A DNA stretch of 64,000 bases, from IMG/VR virus record IMGVR_UViG_2681813455_000010, positions 1 through 64,000 of that record, one strand, 5' to 3'. The translations under genes were made by a program, and so were the position numbers. The notes under the pieces are model-generated. The model did no database searches. It saw only the letters and a program-made list of their open reading frames with translations, and had not been told where the DNA came from. The DNA is from a virus (lineage: Duplodnaviria > Heunggongvirae > Uroviricota > Caudoviricetes). Positions 1 through 10,920 of the stretch are shown here, piece by piece (the first letter of the stretch is position 1; every line of letters begins with the position of its first letter).

Positions 1-2223
1 ATGGACGGCTCAGCGAATATGTCCGGTACATTTACTCAGGAAAACGGTCGTCTGACCATTCAGGGCCACCCGGTTATCCATGCTTCAACGTCTCAGAGTA
101 TTGCAAATACAGTCTCGTCTCTGGGCGACAATTCCGTTCTGACACAGCCCACCTCATTTACACAGGATGACTGGGAGAACAGGACGTTCAGCTTTGGTTC
201 GCTCGTGTTAAAAGATACAGACTTTGGTCTGGGCCGCAATGCCACACTGAACACAACCATCCAGGCAGATAACTCCAGCGTCACGCTGGGCGACAGTCGG
301 GTATTTATCGACAAAAAAGATGGCCAGGGAACAGCATTTACCCTTGAAGAAGGCACATCTGTTGCAACTAAAGATGCAGATAAAAGCGTCTTCAACGGCA
401 CCGTCAACCTGGATAATCAGTCAGTGCTGAATATCAATGAGATATTCAATGGCGGAATACAGGCGAACAACAGTACCGTGAATATCTCCTCAGACAGTGC
501 CGTTCTGGAGAACTCAACGCTGACCAGTACCGCCCTGAATCTGAACAAGGGAGCAAATGTTCTGGCCAGTCAGAGTTTTGTTTCTGACGGTCCGGTGAAT
601 ATTTCTGATGCCACCCTGAGTCTGAACAGCCGTCCTGATGAGGTATCTCACACACTTTTACCTGTATACGATTATGCCGGTTCATGGAACCTGAAGGGAG
701 ACGATGCCCGCCTGAACGTGGGGCCGTACAGTATGTTGTCAGGTAATATCAATGTTCAGGATAAAGGGACTGTCACCCTCGGAGGGGAAGGGGAACTGAG
801 TCCTGACCTGACTCTTCAGAATCAGATGTTGTACAGCCTGTTTAACGGGTACCGCAATACCTGGAGCGGGAGCCTGAATGCACCGGATGCCACCGTCAGC
901 ATGACAGACACCCAGTGGTCGATGAACGGAAACTCCACGGCAGGAAATATGAAACTTAACCGGACAATAGTCGGTTTTAACGGGGGAACATCATCGTTCA
1001 CGACACTGACAACAGATAATCTGGACGCGGTTCAGTCAGCATTTGTCATGCGTACAGACCTTAACAAGGCAGACAAACTGGTGATAAACAAGTCGGCAAC
1101 AGGTCATGACAACAGCATCTGGGTTAACTTCCTGAAAAAACCCTCTGACAAGGACACGCTTGATATTCCACTGGTCAGCGCACCTGAAGCGACAGCTGAT
1201 AATCTGTTCAGGGCATCAACACGGGTTGTGGGATTCAGTGATGTCACCCCCACCCTTAGTGTCAGAAAAGAGGACGGGAAAAAAGAGTGGGTCCTCGATG
1301 GTTACCAGGTTGCACGTAACGACGGCCAGGGTAAGGCTGCCGCCACATTCATGCACATCAGCTATAACAACTTCATCACTGAAGTTAACAACCTGAACAA
1401 ACGCATGGGCGATTTGAGGGATATTAACGGCGAAGCCGGTACGTGGGTGCGTCTGCTGAACGGTTCCGGCTCTGCTGATGGCGGTTTCACTGACCACTAT
1501 ACCCTGCTGCAGATGGGGGCTGACCGTAAGCACGAACTGGGAAGTATGGACCTGTTTACCGGCGTGATGGCCACCTACACTGACACAGATGCGTCAGCAG
1601 GCCTGTACAGCGGTAAAACAAAATCATGGGGTGGTGGTTTCTATGCCAGTGGTCTGTTCCGGTCCGGCGCTTACTTTGATTTGATTGCCAAATATATTCA
1701 CAATGAAAACAAATATGACCTGAACTTTGCCGGAGCTGGTAAACAGAACTTCCGCAGCCATTCACTGTATGCAGGTGCAGAAGTCGGATACCGTTATCAT
1801 CTGACAGATACGACGTTTGTTGAACCTCAGGCGGAACTGGTCTGGGGAAGACTGCAGGGCCAAACATTTAACTGGAACGACAGTGGAATGGATGTCTCAA
1901 TGCGTCGTAACAGCGTTAATCCTCTGGTAGGCAGAACCGGCGTTGTTTCCGGTAAAACCTTCAGTGGTAAGGACTGGAGTCTGACAGCCCGTGCCGGCCT
2001 GCATTATGAGTTCGATCTGACGGACAGTGCTGACGTTCACCTGAAGGATGCAGCGGGAGAACATCAGATTAATGGCAGAAAAGACGGTCGTATGCTTTAC
2101 GGTGTGGGGTTAAATGCCCGGTTTGGCGACAATACGCGTCTGGGGCTGGAAGTTGAACGCTCTGCATTCGGTAAATACAACACAGATGATGCGATAAACG
2201 CTAATATTCGTTATTCATTCTGA
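1..2223 (+). CDS. autotransporter (type Va) adhesin-like protein, C-terminal part; 5' end outside window
   Basis: ORF open from window start (740 codons, stop 2221-2223); Asn/Thr/Ser-rich passenger-like region then C-terminal domain ending in terminal Phe (..IRYSF) typical of outer-membrane beta-barrel translocators. Confidence 0.7.
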   Translation: MDGSANMSGTFTQENGRLTIQGHPVIHASTSQSIANTVSSLGDNSVLTQPTSFTQDDWENRTFSFGSLVLKDTDFGLGRNATLNTTIQADNSSVTLGDSRVFIDKKDGQGTAFTLEEGTSVATKDADKSVFNGTVNLDNQSVLNINEIFNGGIQANNSTVNISSDSAVLENSTLTSTALNLNKGANVLASQSFVSDGPVNISDATLSLNSRPDEVSHTLLPVYDYAGSWNLKGDDARLNVGPYSMLSGNINVQDKGTVTLGGEGELSPDLTLQNQMLYSLFNGYRNTWSGSLNAPDATVSMTDTQWSMNGNSTAGNMKLNRTIVGFNGGTSSFTTLTTDNLDAVQSAFVMRTDLNKADKLVINKSATGHDNSIWVNFLKKPSDKDTLDIPLVSAPEATADNLFRASTRVVGFSDVTPTLSVRKEDGKKEWVLDGYQVARNDGQGKAAATFMHISYNNFITEVNNLNKRMGDLRDINGEAGTWVRLLNGSGSADGGFTDHYTLLQMGADRKHELGSMDLFTGVMATYTDTDASAGLYSGKTKSWGGGFYASGLFRSGAYFDLIAKYIHNENKYDLNFAGAGKQNFRSHSLYAGAEVGYRYHLTDTTFVEPQAELVWGRLQGQTFNWNDSGMDVSMRRNSVNPLVGRTGVVSGKTFSGKDWSLTARAGLHYEFDLTDSADVHLKDAAGEHQINGRKDGRMLYGVGLNARFGDNTRLGLEVERSAFGKYNTDDAINANIRYSF

Positions 2224-2348
2224 TGCTGTGCAGCAAAGGGACTATTGCTTTGTCCCTTTGCTGCGATTATCTGATTACGGTACAGGCTGGAACTTAGATT
2301 TTCCGGCGTTCACGATACTTCATGTAACACTCAGGTTGAGTAATCTTC

Positions 2349-2873
2349 ATGAGTTTTCTTTTGCCGTGTGGTGGAATTATGAATAATATAGATTTATTAA
2401 AAACTATAACAAACTACAAAAAAATCAAAAATCCGGCATACCCGGCTCAGGAGAGTCTGTTAATACACTTATATATTAGAGTAAATGACAAAATCCAGAG
2501 TATTATAGAAAATGAATTGAGCGAGTATAGAATAAACACTTCAACATTTATGGTGTTAGTTTCATTATATATGTCTGATGATTATTGTCAGTCCCCTTCT
2601 GATATTTACAAGGAGTTACAATTCTCCAAAACAAACATCACACACATCATAGACAAATTAGAAAAAAAGAATATTGCCAAAAGAATTAATAATAAAAACG
2701 ATCGTCGAAGCAAAAGTATTTGCTTAACCCCTGACGGAGTTACACTTGCTCAAAAACTAATAAACACTCAAAATGTAATGCTAAAGAAAATCTGGAGCGG
2801 GCTATCAGATGATGAAATGAAAACATTTGAACTCGCCAACAAAAAATTATTATCAAACCTTAATGTTAATTGA
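2349..2873 (+). CDS. MarR/SlyA-like winged-helix transcriptional regulator (alternative start ATG 2379)
   Basis: 174-aa ORF, very AT-rich; wing-like motif DRRSKSICLTPDG recalled from MarR family; no search run. Confidence 0.45.
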   Translation: MSFLLPCGGIMNNIDLLKTITNYKKIKNPAYPAQESLLIHLYIRVNDKIQSIIENELSEYRINTSTFMVLVSLYMSDDYCQSPSDIYKELQFSKTNITHIIDKLEKKNIAKRINNKNDRRSKSICLTPDGVTLAQKLINTQNVMLKKIWSGLSDDEMKTFELANKKLLSNLNVN

Positions 2874-3307
2874 TGTTAAAACATACTAACAGTCATCTTC
2901 TTACAATGTATTCTTCTGGAGAGAATAACTACCAGAATATATAAAGACATTAATCACACTCTCATTTAATTACAATGAGCATAAGAGCCACCAATGTTTA
3001 TGCTGGTTAGGCTTTATATAGGAAACAATAAAAAAACGTCATTAAACAAAGCGTTTTTAATGGCGTTGTTATTTAAAAGAAAGATATCAAATATAGATTA
3101 ACCCCCATCGAATAAAGATGTTGTCTAATCATACCTGAAGGTATTTATCACTAGAATTTTATTTGTATAAATGGACATATACCATTGGAAGATTTAGAAA
3201 AGCATGTCCAGGAGTTTAAGGACAAATCTCATACTGATTATCGGAAGCTTTTATCATTATATGATTACCAAGCATACAATGTATAATTATATACACTATT
3301 ATTGTGA

Positions 3308-3646
3308 TTATAATTTGTTACTGTGCCACTCAAGGGCAATATCTTTGAAGGTGTTGTTTAACTGCGTTTCCCGGGCAATCTTTTCCTCTCGCTTCACTTC
3401 CATCAGATCGATTCCCCCAGAGATACCTCTTTTAGCTTCTTCAAGTTTTGCAGGAGCATCAGCTAAGGTGACCTCAGGATACACACCTAGTGCTAACAGC
3501 TTCTCTTTACCAGCTACACGATACTTGAGACGCCAATATTCTCCTCCACCAGGTTTTACCAGGAGGTACAGACCACCACCATCAGCCAACTTGTAAGCCT
3601 TCTCTTTTGGCTTGGCAGTGTCTATTTGACGGGCATTGAGTTTCAC
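3308..3646 (-). pseudogene. N-terminal remnant (~112 aa) of a P4-type tyrosine integrase (arm-binding domain), truncated
   Basis: Translation ..AKPKEKAYKLADGGGLYLLVKPGGGEYWRLKYR.. matches the conserved N-terminal arm-binding domain pattern of P4-family integrases; ORF ends after 112 codons with no catalytic domain; adjacent to tRNA-derived repeat at 3810. Confidence 0.6.
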
Positions 3647-3809
3647 TTGGGGGTATCTCCACTAAACTGAACAGCAAATCCCCTCAATTGCTTGTAGAGT
3701 TTGGGGTACTTAAATAGACGTCAAAAGACTAAAAGGGGCATTAATATACTGATTATAAGAGGTTTTTAAATACTTGAGTAGACTTGGGGAGACGTTAGAA
3801 TGGTGCCGA

Positions 3810-3829
3810 TAATAGGAGTAAAACACTCG
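3810..3829. repeat. 20-bp direct repeat ATGGTGCCGATAATAGGAGT (reverse complement of tRNA-Thr 3' end incl. CCA); putative att site
   Basis: Identical 20-mer recurs at 16377-16396; flanks integrase-containing element. Confidence 0.65.
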
Positions 3830-3905
3830 ATTAATCTCGTGTTAATGCCATCACCTACGACCATTACTAATTGATTGAATCTTATAGAAAAAATCATCAT
3901 TTTCT

Positions 3906-5240
3906 ATGCGTTACAATCAATTTTCACATTACAAACGCTCCGACACTTTAGCCGGGGAGTTTATGAGATACAAGCCCAATCAATACATAATCTGTGATTC
4001 TTACGGTAACTACTATTTAAGGATCACGCTGCCTGTGTATATGCAGCCCTTTTTTGAAGGAAAAAGGACGTTTGTCAGGAGTCTGCACACAAGTAATCTT
4101 CGTGTTGCACGTAGAAAGCGTGATCAGATTGCAGATGAATACCATTGCTTACGGGAGAGTGTCGCCCCTGTAAACAGCACAATAGAGAACACGCTGGAAC
4201 TGTTACGCAGTAAGGCTAAATACGCCAAAACAGCTACCAGAATGCAAGATACAGCGTCTTCGTGTCCGTCATTGCTTAAAATTCTTGAAATCTACCTGAC
4301 AATTAACAGCACGAAGAAGAAGCCAGCCACTTTAGCTAAGGCAAGAAAAGCGGTAGAGATGTTTCTCTCCTACCGTAAAAAGCCTGATATTGCATTGCAA
4401 GATGTGAGCCGCACCACTGTTACAGGCTGGATTGAACACATGCAAAAAACCCTTTCACAACAATCAATTGCAAATTATATCAGCCCAATGGCCCAGCTAT
4501 GGGAGTTAGCTTCATCACGTTACCACGATGCGCCAGAAAGGGCGCTCTCCCCCTGGCGAGGGCATAGGCTTGATGTGGCACAAAGTAGAGAGAGCTACGA
4601 GGCATTTTCTAACAAAGAGCTATTGCAGGTGTTGCAAGTATTTTCCGGTAATTCAGCAGAAAACAAAGAAATGATGGCTTTGTGTCTTATCGGTGCTTAT
4701 ACAGGTATGCGGATCAATGAGATAGCAAGTCTCACAATAGACGATGTGAAAGAGATCGAAGGTGTGCTGTGTTTTGAAATCACACAGGGAAAAACGAAAG
4801 CTGCGGCGCGTGTTGTGCCTGTACATAGCCTTATCACTCCGTTGGTGTTGTCGCTGCGTGAAAAGCCTCATAATGGCTTTTTGTTCTATCACGCCAGCAT
4901 TACAGAGCGTGCTGATGGTAAACGTTCCACGTGGCACACGCAGAGATTTACAAGAGCTAAACGAAAGGCTTTAGGGGAAAAGGGAACAGAAAGGAAAGTG
5001 TTTCATTCTCTGAGACACGGAGTAGCACAGCTTCTTGATCGAAATCAAATTCCAGAAGACAGGATCGCCCTTCTCCTGGGCCATACACGCGGCAATACAG
5101 AGACATTCCGCACATATAGCAAGAATGCAGCTTCTCCAGTAGAGCTTAAAAACTATATTGAGCTTCTACGCTACCCTGAAATAGAGAAAGGCTTATCAAT
5201 CAATAAAAAATCAAATTTAAGGCGTAAAACAACGCCATAG
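3906..5240 (+). CDS. int: tyrosine-type site-specific integrase
   Basis: 444-aa ORF with ATG start; C-terminal catalytic pattern ..HSLRHGVAQLL..LLGHTRGNTETFRTYSK.. (R..H..R/H..Y) typical of tyrosine recombinases. Confidence 0.75.
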   Translation: MRYNQFSHYKRSDTLAGEFMRYKPNQYIICDSYGNYYLRITLPVYMQPFFEGKRTFVRSLHTSNLRVARRKRDQIADEYHCLRESVAPVNSTIENTLELLRSKAKYAKTATRMQDTASSCPSLLKILEIYLTINSTKKKPATLAKARKAVEMFLSYRKKPDIALQDVSRTTVTGWIEHMQKTLSQQSIANYISPMAQLWELASSRYHDAPERALSPWRGHRLDVAQSRESYEAFSNKELLQVLQVFSGNSAENKEMMALCLIGAYTGMRINEIASLTIDDVKEIEGVLCFEITQGKTKAAARVVPVHSLITPLVLSLREKPHNGFLFYHASITERADGKRSTWHTQRFTRAKRKALGEKGTERKVFHSLRHGVAQLLDRNQIPEDRIALLLGHTRGNTETFRTYSKNAASPVELKNYIELLRYPEIEKGLSINKKSNLRRKTTP

Positions 5241-5320
5241 ACGCAATAAAGAGGCTTCAACATAATTGGTAGCCTCTTTTATAATTACATCGTTACAGAG
5301 CGTTTTAGAGGCGTTTACGG

Positions 5321-6034
5321 CTATTCCTGTTTAAAGGCAGGCGTAATAGTGTCTTCACCTTCACTACTTGATTTTTCAGTGTTAACACGTTTTTTCATAT
5401 TAGCCCCGATGTTCTTAGATGGCTGTGTTTTGAGAGCTACAGTGTTTACAGTGCCATACGACACTAATCTGATTTGCTCAAATTCCAAATCAAATACCAG
5501 AGATTCGCTTGCTTCTTCTGTGTATTCGATGCCTGTTAAAACAACGTTCTCAAAAGTTTTATTTTCTGTAACAAGAAGAAAAGGCTGTCTACTGTCCATA
5601 ATCTGATTTAGATAATCAATCGCTAATGATCTTCTGTTCCCGTTCACCCCTGCACTCTTTAACAAGCCAGGATCGCTTTTAATCGGTGTTTCAGTGATCC
5701 TTCCTTTAAGAGAAAACTTATTGTTTTTAATTTGAACGTGATCAGACACAGTAGCACCATTTTCTACGGGGTAGCTTGTGACATCTGCCGAACGTCTCAC
5801 GTTCACATCGTCTACACTGTCAAAGGCCAGTGCCATATAATTTTCATAAACGTCATTGCCAGAAGATGCCAAGCCACTGGTAACAATAGCAAATCCGTTC
5901 TCTCCTTTTGTTTTATTAGCTTTGCTATTTTCGTTTTTTGTAGAGTTTATATCTTGTTCTGCTTTGTAAACAGCCTGAACGTGTTGTTCTGGAGTATTTG
6001 CTGCACGTATGGTTAAAATCCCGGCGGTCGCCAT
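5321..6034 (-). CDS. hypothetical protein (237 aa)
   Basis: ATG start with AAGGAAA Shine-Dalgarno; co-directional with neighbouring gene block. Confidence 0.45.
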   Translation of the reverse strand: MATAGILTIRAANTPEQHVQAVYKAEQDINSTKNENSKANKTKGENGFAIVTSGLASSGNDVYENYMALAFDSVDDVNVRRSADVTSYPVENGATVSDHVQIKNNKFSLKGRITETPIKSDPGLLKSAGVNGNRRSLAIDYLNQIMDSRQPFLLVTENKTFENVVLTGIEYTEEASESLVFDLEFEQIRLVSYGTVNTVALKTQPSKNIGANMKKRVNTEKSSSEGEDTITPAFKQE

Positions 6035-6067
6035 AATAATAATTTCCTTGTAATGTTATGGCGGGAA

Positions 6068-7897
6068 TTACCCGCCGTTGGATTGTCCTGATAAGCTGGT
6101 TAATGTTAATGATTTCAAGAAGCTATCCCGACTTGCTCTCGCTGTAAAATCCACATAATCGCTTAATCTGGATGTGTCAGAATTAATAGTAAGAGGAACC
6201 TCTGTTACCACTTCAAATGTAGGATTCAGATTAAACACAGGAGATAAATTATAAGCCGGAGTTGTCATTGCAAGATTATTTAAAGCACCCTGTTTGAGAT
6301 TGGTTATCGGTGCTTCGCTGACTGACATTTTTACATCTGACACAGAAGATTTATCATCGAAAAGCAATCCCTTAATCGTATTAAATAGAGAATGACTATT
6401 ATCAGGTGTAGTTGTTGCAGTGCCAGCGCCTTTATATTGATCAGGAACGAGATTAGAAAGATTCTGTTTCATTCCTTCATTGCTTAATGGCGGTGCATCT
6501 CCCATATTTTTCTGAATAGCTTCCGTCTTATCATCATTACGATTAAACCAGTTTACAATCTTCATAATAGCTTCAAAGAGACTTCCTGTAGCTTCTCCCA
6601 GCTTCGTAAAATACGGAGTGAGATTAGAAAGGTTTTTCATAAACTCTTCCGTTACTTTTGGATCAAGAGATTTCATAAAGCCGTCTACGAATGCTACTTG
6701 TCTTGCATCAGAAAGCTGTGAAAGCTGTCTGTTTAGTTCTCTGAATTTAACGATAGATTCTTGCTGTGTTTCTGTTAGCCATTTTCCAGAGGCTTTTTGC
6801 TGATTAATACTTTCTTGTACATCTTTAACGGAACGTTGCCAATATTTTGACGTAAGCATCAAATCATCGCCCAGGTCTTCTAAACGTTGTCCAATTTGGG
6901 AGTCTGAAAACCCTTTTTTCATCATTCCATTAACAGCCTTAGAAATTAATCCGGCTGGATTATCAGCAAATTTTTTAAGGTCGCTTTTGTTAATAACACC
7001 GATGTTTAGAAGTTCATTAATAGCGTTATCACCGCCTTTCCATTCAGATTTTCCGGTTTTCTTATCTTTCACCAATTCAGCTTCACTGTAGGATTTTGCG
7101 GCACGTTCCCTAACATCTTTCATCTGATCCAGGTATTTTCTAGCCCCTTGATCACCCATCATAGAGTCAACGCCGTTTCTATAGGCCCATTCTGTAATGT
7201 TATACATCTGGTTAACGTCTACACCGCCCAGCTTGGCACGTTGAATTAGCTCACCTTGCGTGTCAGCGTTAGCGAAGCTATTAGCCATAAATTCAGCGGT
7301 TTTGCTTGCAGCCATCACGCCAGCCGCCGCTGTAGCGCCTCCAAATAACAGAGCGCCCATAGTGGCGGAATTCCCTGATCCTCCCTTAACGGGGGCTAAT
7401 TGAGCTTTTCTGTTGCCATTAATCTTACGTTGTTGCTGTTGTAAGCGTTTCATCTGGCTATTCATACGTGCAAGCGAGATAGCCCCTTGCTCATATTGTT
7501 TCGCTATCTCTCTAGCCTGTGCAATAGCTTTATATTGTTCCGCTACAGAGAGGCGGTGCATTGCACTAATGCTTGATCCAACGTCTAAAAGCTTTAGTTC
7601 AGCTTTCTCCTTACGTGCTGCTATTTGTTGCTGTTGCCTTGCCTGTGCTCTTGCTGCGGCAGCTTGTGCTCTTTGATTCTGTTTTTCTGTTTTAGCTTTC
7701 TGTTGAGCAATCTTGTCTACTTCGCTTTGTGCTTTCTTATAGCCTTTAGTGACATTATCAAACCTCAGTTTAGCTGGCTTGATATTATCAGTGAATTCTT
7801 TTAGGCTTGTAATAGAGTCTTTCGCTTTTTTCAAGCTGTCTTTATCTACACTAAATGTAACTGTGTTCTTAATTTTAGAAGTGTTAATTTCTAACAT
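6068..7897 (-). CDS. hypothetical coiled-coil protein (609 aa) with Gln/Ala-rich helix and Gly/Ala-rich hydrophobic segment; tape-measure-like or scaffold-like (speculative)
   Basis: ATG start with AGGGGA SD; long heptad-like Q/A/R-rich stretch and GALLFGGATAAAGVMAAS segment. Confidence 0.5.
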   Translation of the reverse strand: MLEINTSKIKNTVTFSVDKDSLKKAKDSITSLKEFTDNIKPAKLRFDNVTKGYKKAQSEVDKIAQQKAKTEKQNQRAQAAAARAQARQQQQIAARKEKAELKLLDVGSSISAMHRLSVAEQYKAIAQAREIAKQYEQGAISLARMNSQMKRLQQQQRKINGNRKAQLAPVKGGSGNSATMGALLFGGATAAAGVMAASKTAEFMANSFANADTQGELIQRAKLGGVDVNQMYNITEWAYRNGVDSMMGDQGARKYLDQMKDVRERAAKSYSEAELVKDKKTGKSEWKGGDNAINELLNIGVINKSDLKKFADNPAGLISKAVNGMMKKGFSDSQIGQRLEDLGDDLMLTSKYWQRSVKDVQESINQQKASGKWLTETQQESIVKFRELNRQLSQLSDARQVAFVDGFMKSLDPKVTEEFMKNLSNLTPYFTKLGEATGSLFEAIMKIVNWFNRNDDKTEAIQKNMGDAPPLSNEGMKQNLSNLVPDQYKGAGTATTTPDNSHSLFNTIKGLLFDDKSSVSDVKMSVSEAPITNLKQGALNNLAMTTPAYNLSPVFNLNPTFEVVTEVPLTINSDTSRLSDYVDFTARASRDSFLKSLTLTSLSGQSNGG

Positions 7898-7911
7898 TTA
7901 AAATCCCCTTA

Positions 7912-8115
7912 TTAATCATTTTTATCACCTTCTTTACTTAAGAAATGGTGTAGAGCCTGATCAATACTCTCGTTTAATCTGAACATACGGGCTTTTACTC
8001 CTTCATATGGAACATCTAAAAGAGAACAGAGATATTTCAGATTTAACAAGCCTCTAGAATCATTAGCATCTAGATGTACGTGCACACCATTTTTTGATTT
8101 CAAAATCACTTCCAT
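7912..8115 (-). CDS. hypothetical protein (67 aa)
   Basis: Short ORF tightly packed between neighbouring minus-strand genes. Confidence 0.35.
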   Translation of the reverse strand: MEVILKSKNGVHVHLDANDSRGLLNLKYLCSLLDVPYEGVKARMFRLNESIDQALHHFLSKEGDKND

Positions 8116-8201
8116 ATTTTAATCACCTCTCAAAATTTAAAAATAAATAAAAAAAAGGCGAAGCGTGAATACACGCCACGCCTCTATTACACGTTAAAAT
8201 A

Positions 8202-9230
8202 TTATTTAACAGTGATTTGAACGGAGAAGCCTACACCGTGGTTTACAACCATCTGGCTATTCTCTGTAACAACGTTAACAGCATCACCACGAGAAGATTC
8301 ATAGCTGTAGCTATAGACCTCAGTAGGGGCGGCATTGATCAGTTCAAAGGTGCTGGAAGCAGCCCCGTAGATGTTCTGATATACGTTAGAGCCTTTAGCG
8401 AATTTAGGCACAGCTACAGCGTCTGCGGTCATATGTGCCAGGTGTAGCGGATCTACCAGTTTAATAACATCAATGTTAGTTCCTGGAATAGTGAACGCTG
8501 TCACTCCTGGCAGCAGGTCACGACGCTGATACACAACGTTCCCTTCTTCCAGTGGGCTTACATACTGGAATGCGTTTGCCATACCAGCAGAGAATCGAAT
8601 TGCAGAGAAGGCGTCAGGTTTACAGAAAACAACAATACGCTCTACAGCAGCCGCCTGACTCTGTGCTTTTTCAATAATATCAGTAGCAATCTGATCAAAT
8701 TCTTTAAAAATCTTCGTGGTGTCAGTGCTGGAAGCGTTCACAGTGGCTTTCATAGCTGATACGTTAAACAGCTTGCCCCACTCAATTAACACATCATCAG
8801 TTTTCGGTGTGTAAGTTTTACCGCTAAACAGAGATGCAGCTAGCACGCTCTCTTTTGTACGCTGATACGCTACGTGATGTTTTGCAACATAGTCAGCATA
8901 GATATCAGTGAGTGTTTCCTGAAAATCAGTGCCAGGCTTACGCTTGCCTTGAACATCAGAAGGACGGATCACATCTTCACGAAGAAAATACGGGATTTCA
9001 ATCAGCCATTCTTTACCTTGTTCTCGCTTAGTAACATTGTGTTCAGAAGAGAAACGAGAGGTTTCTTTGTTGAACAGAGATTCGTTGCTTTCGACAAGCT
9101 GGGAAACAGCTACTTTATGAGATGTAACCCCTACAGAATCCGTAAAATCAAGAGTAGAAAGCAGATAGTTTCTAGTGCTATGCGCAGAGAACAGAGGAGC
9201 TAAATCAACGTAATCATTACCTAGAATCAT
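8202..9230 (-). CDS. hypothetical protein (342 aa); possible major capsid protein of lambda gpE-like family (weak, pattern-based)
   Basis: ATG start with AAGGA SD; size and C-terminal half pattern (..RIVVFCKPDAFSAIRF.., ..VVY..) loosely resemble lambda gpE; no search run. Confidence 0.5.
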   Translation of the reverse strand: MILGNDYVDLAPLFSAHSTRNYLLSTLDFTDSVGVTSHKVAVSQLVESNESLFNKETSRFSSEHNVTKREQGKEWLIEIPYFLREDVIRPSDVQGKRKPGTDFQETLTDIYADYVAKHHVAYQRTKESVLAASLFSGKTYTPKTDDVLIEWGKLFNVSAMKATVNASSTDTTKIFKEFDQIATDIIEKAQSQAAAVERIVVFCKPDAFSAIRFSAGMANAFQYVSPLEEGNVVYQRRDLLPGVTAFTIPGTNIDVIKLVDPLHLAHMTADAVAVPKFAKGSNVYQNIYGAASSTFELINAAPTEVYSYSYESSRGDAVNVVTENSQMVVNHGVGFSVQITVK

Positions 9231-9248
9231 TTATTATTATTCCTTTTA

Positions 9249-9611
9249 TTAAGAAGTGAAAACCGTATTAAAGCCTTCAAGCTGGAAGCCTTTTTTAATT
9301 AATGCTGTTTTTGCTGCTTCACTTACAGCATTCAGGGCATCAGCTTTAATGCACACAAGGCCAGCATTGCTACGTAGCACATCTACAGGCTTGTTTTCTC
9401 CTGCCGTTACAAATTCACTCATAACAACATAGATATCATCTCCTGATTCATATTTAGCGCCCGTGCTTGTGATCAAGTCGCCACACTCAACATCAGCAGG
9501 AAGAGAAGCAAAAACCTTGCTTTCTACAGAGGCAAACGGATCAGTACAATAACTTACAATATCTGTGAAAGTCTTTCTAACTGGAAACAGAGTGTCTAAA
9601 TCAATAATCAT
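9249..9611 (-). CDS. hypothetical protein (120 aa); possible head decoration-like protein (position-based guess)
   Basis: ATG start with AAGGAGA SD; immediately upstream of capsid-like gene. Confidence 0.4.
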   Translation of the reverse strand: MIIDLDTLFPVRKTFTDIVSYCTDPFASVESKVFASLPADVECGDLITSTGAKYESGDDIYVVMSEFVTAGENKPVDVLRSNAGLVCIKADALNAVSEAAKTALIKKGFQLEGFNTVFTS

Positions 9612-9820
9612 TTAGTAATCTCCTTAGCTTTTAATTTGATTAATTCATTAAGGGAAGGTGTAGACGGAGAAGAAGGAGAAAAATATTTTTCAACACATCT
9701 TTCTACTTCCTCTACAGAACACCCAGCGTATTTAGCTACCATTTCGGTAATTTGTGGATTAATTTTCAGCATTTCATCTTTATACTTGATGATTTGCTCT
9801 TTATCATTTAAGAACAACAT
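9608..9820 (-). CDS. hypothetical protein (70 aa)
   Basis: ATG start, 4-bp overlap with downstream gene (coupling). Confidence 0.4.
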   Translation of the reverse strand: MLFLNDKEQIIKYKDEMLKINPQITEMVAKYAGCSVEEVERCVEKYFSPSSPSTPSLNELIKLKAKEITK

Positions 9821-10169
9821 TTATATAAACCTTGTTACCTTGTTTAAAGTAAGAAATACAACTTTTAAGTTGCATAACGGGCAAAATAAAAGGCAGCATT
9901 TAGAGCCGCCTTTTATTAACTTGTACCTATGTAATTACCCTATGTTATGCATACTCCAAGATGTATGCATAACAAAGGAAAAAAGAGGTAATAATGACAC
10001 AGTATTACTTAAGGAGGAGAAGCGGGGAGCGGAGATTTTACTCCCCTTTAACGACAAGAAGAATTTTTAATATCGAACCAATAAAGGAAAAATAATCACC
10101 CCTATATAATTATATTAACATACAATAGATGAAATGTCAAGATATTTTACAACTTTTTTGTTGCTTTTT

Positions 10170-10538
10170 TTATTCTTCTGTGATAGTAGCGCCTAAGCGT
10201 TGAGCTAGTTCAACAAGGCCATCTCCCACATAGCGAACATCAGATTCAATATCTTCTATCCAGTTTGAGAGACTCCATATCTGATCCGCTGTCAGATATG
10301 CGTTCTCACGCTTACAGAGCATCTCTACACGCTTAGAGAGGTGCTCAAAGGCATTCACAGCTAAATCCCAGTGTTTAAACGCCTCATTGAGTGCCGCTGG
10401 CGTGTTTTCTCTGTATGCTTCAAGTTCAGCACGGTTTAAAGGCAGGAGGTAATCATCCTCATAATAATTAATTAGTGAGTAAATTGTGTCATACGTGTTT
10501 TTGTTCATATTAAAAGTCTCCATAGTGATCAGCACCAT
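10170..10538 (-). CDS. hypothetical protein (122 aa)
   Basis: ORF in co-directional block; overlaps upstream gene end. Confidence 0.4.
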   Translation of the reverse strand: MVLITMETFNMNKNTYDTIYSLINYYEDDYLLPLNRAELEAYRENTPAALNEAFKHWDLAVNAFEHLSKRVEMLCKRENAYLTADQIWSLSNWIEDIESDVRYVGDGLVELAQRLGATITEE

Positions 10539-10920
10539 CTAAAATTTGGAATTCAGGGACTAAATTATTTAGGCCATTGGTGGCGAGATAACCGACGTAG
10601 TGATTATAATCTTCAAATCCTAAAATCTGGTATTTGCGTAAATCAGAGCTATCAACGATATACTCTTTTCTTTTTCTAGGTTTCCAGAATACGCCAGGTG
10701 TTGAAGATAAGATTTCTTGTAAGGCGTTAAATTCATCTCCACAAGGCACAGAGGGAGAATGTTCTATGATCTCTGTTTTCCATTCGCCAGGGGCGCTATT
10801 TTGCTTGGTGAGCGTAACTAGCTCTTTAAAGTCTTTACGTCTTAGAATAGATTTAGGTTTACTTAGAAGAGAAGCTGAATCACCGATTTTCTTAACAACG
10901 TTGTTTTTTCTTTTTGCCAT
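10510..10920 (-). CDS. hypothetical protein (136 aa), basic N-terminus
   Basis: ORF in co-directional block. Confidence 0.4.
   Translation of the reverse strand: MAKRKNNVVKKIGDSASLLSKPKSILRRKDFKELVTLTKQNSAPGEWKTEIIEHSPSVPCGDEFNALQEILSSTPGVFWKPRKRKEYIVDSSDLRKYQILGFEDYNHYVGYLATNGLNNLVPEFQILDGADHYGDF

Noticed and set aside
3204-3596. 130-aa plus-strand ORF
   Set aside because: Antisense to the integrase N-terminal remnant; no SD; low-complexity translation.
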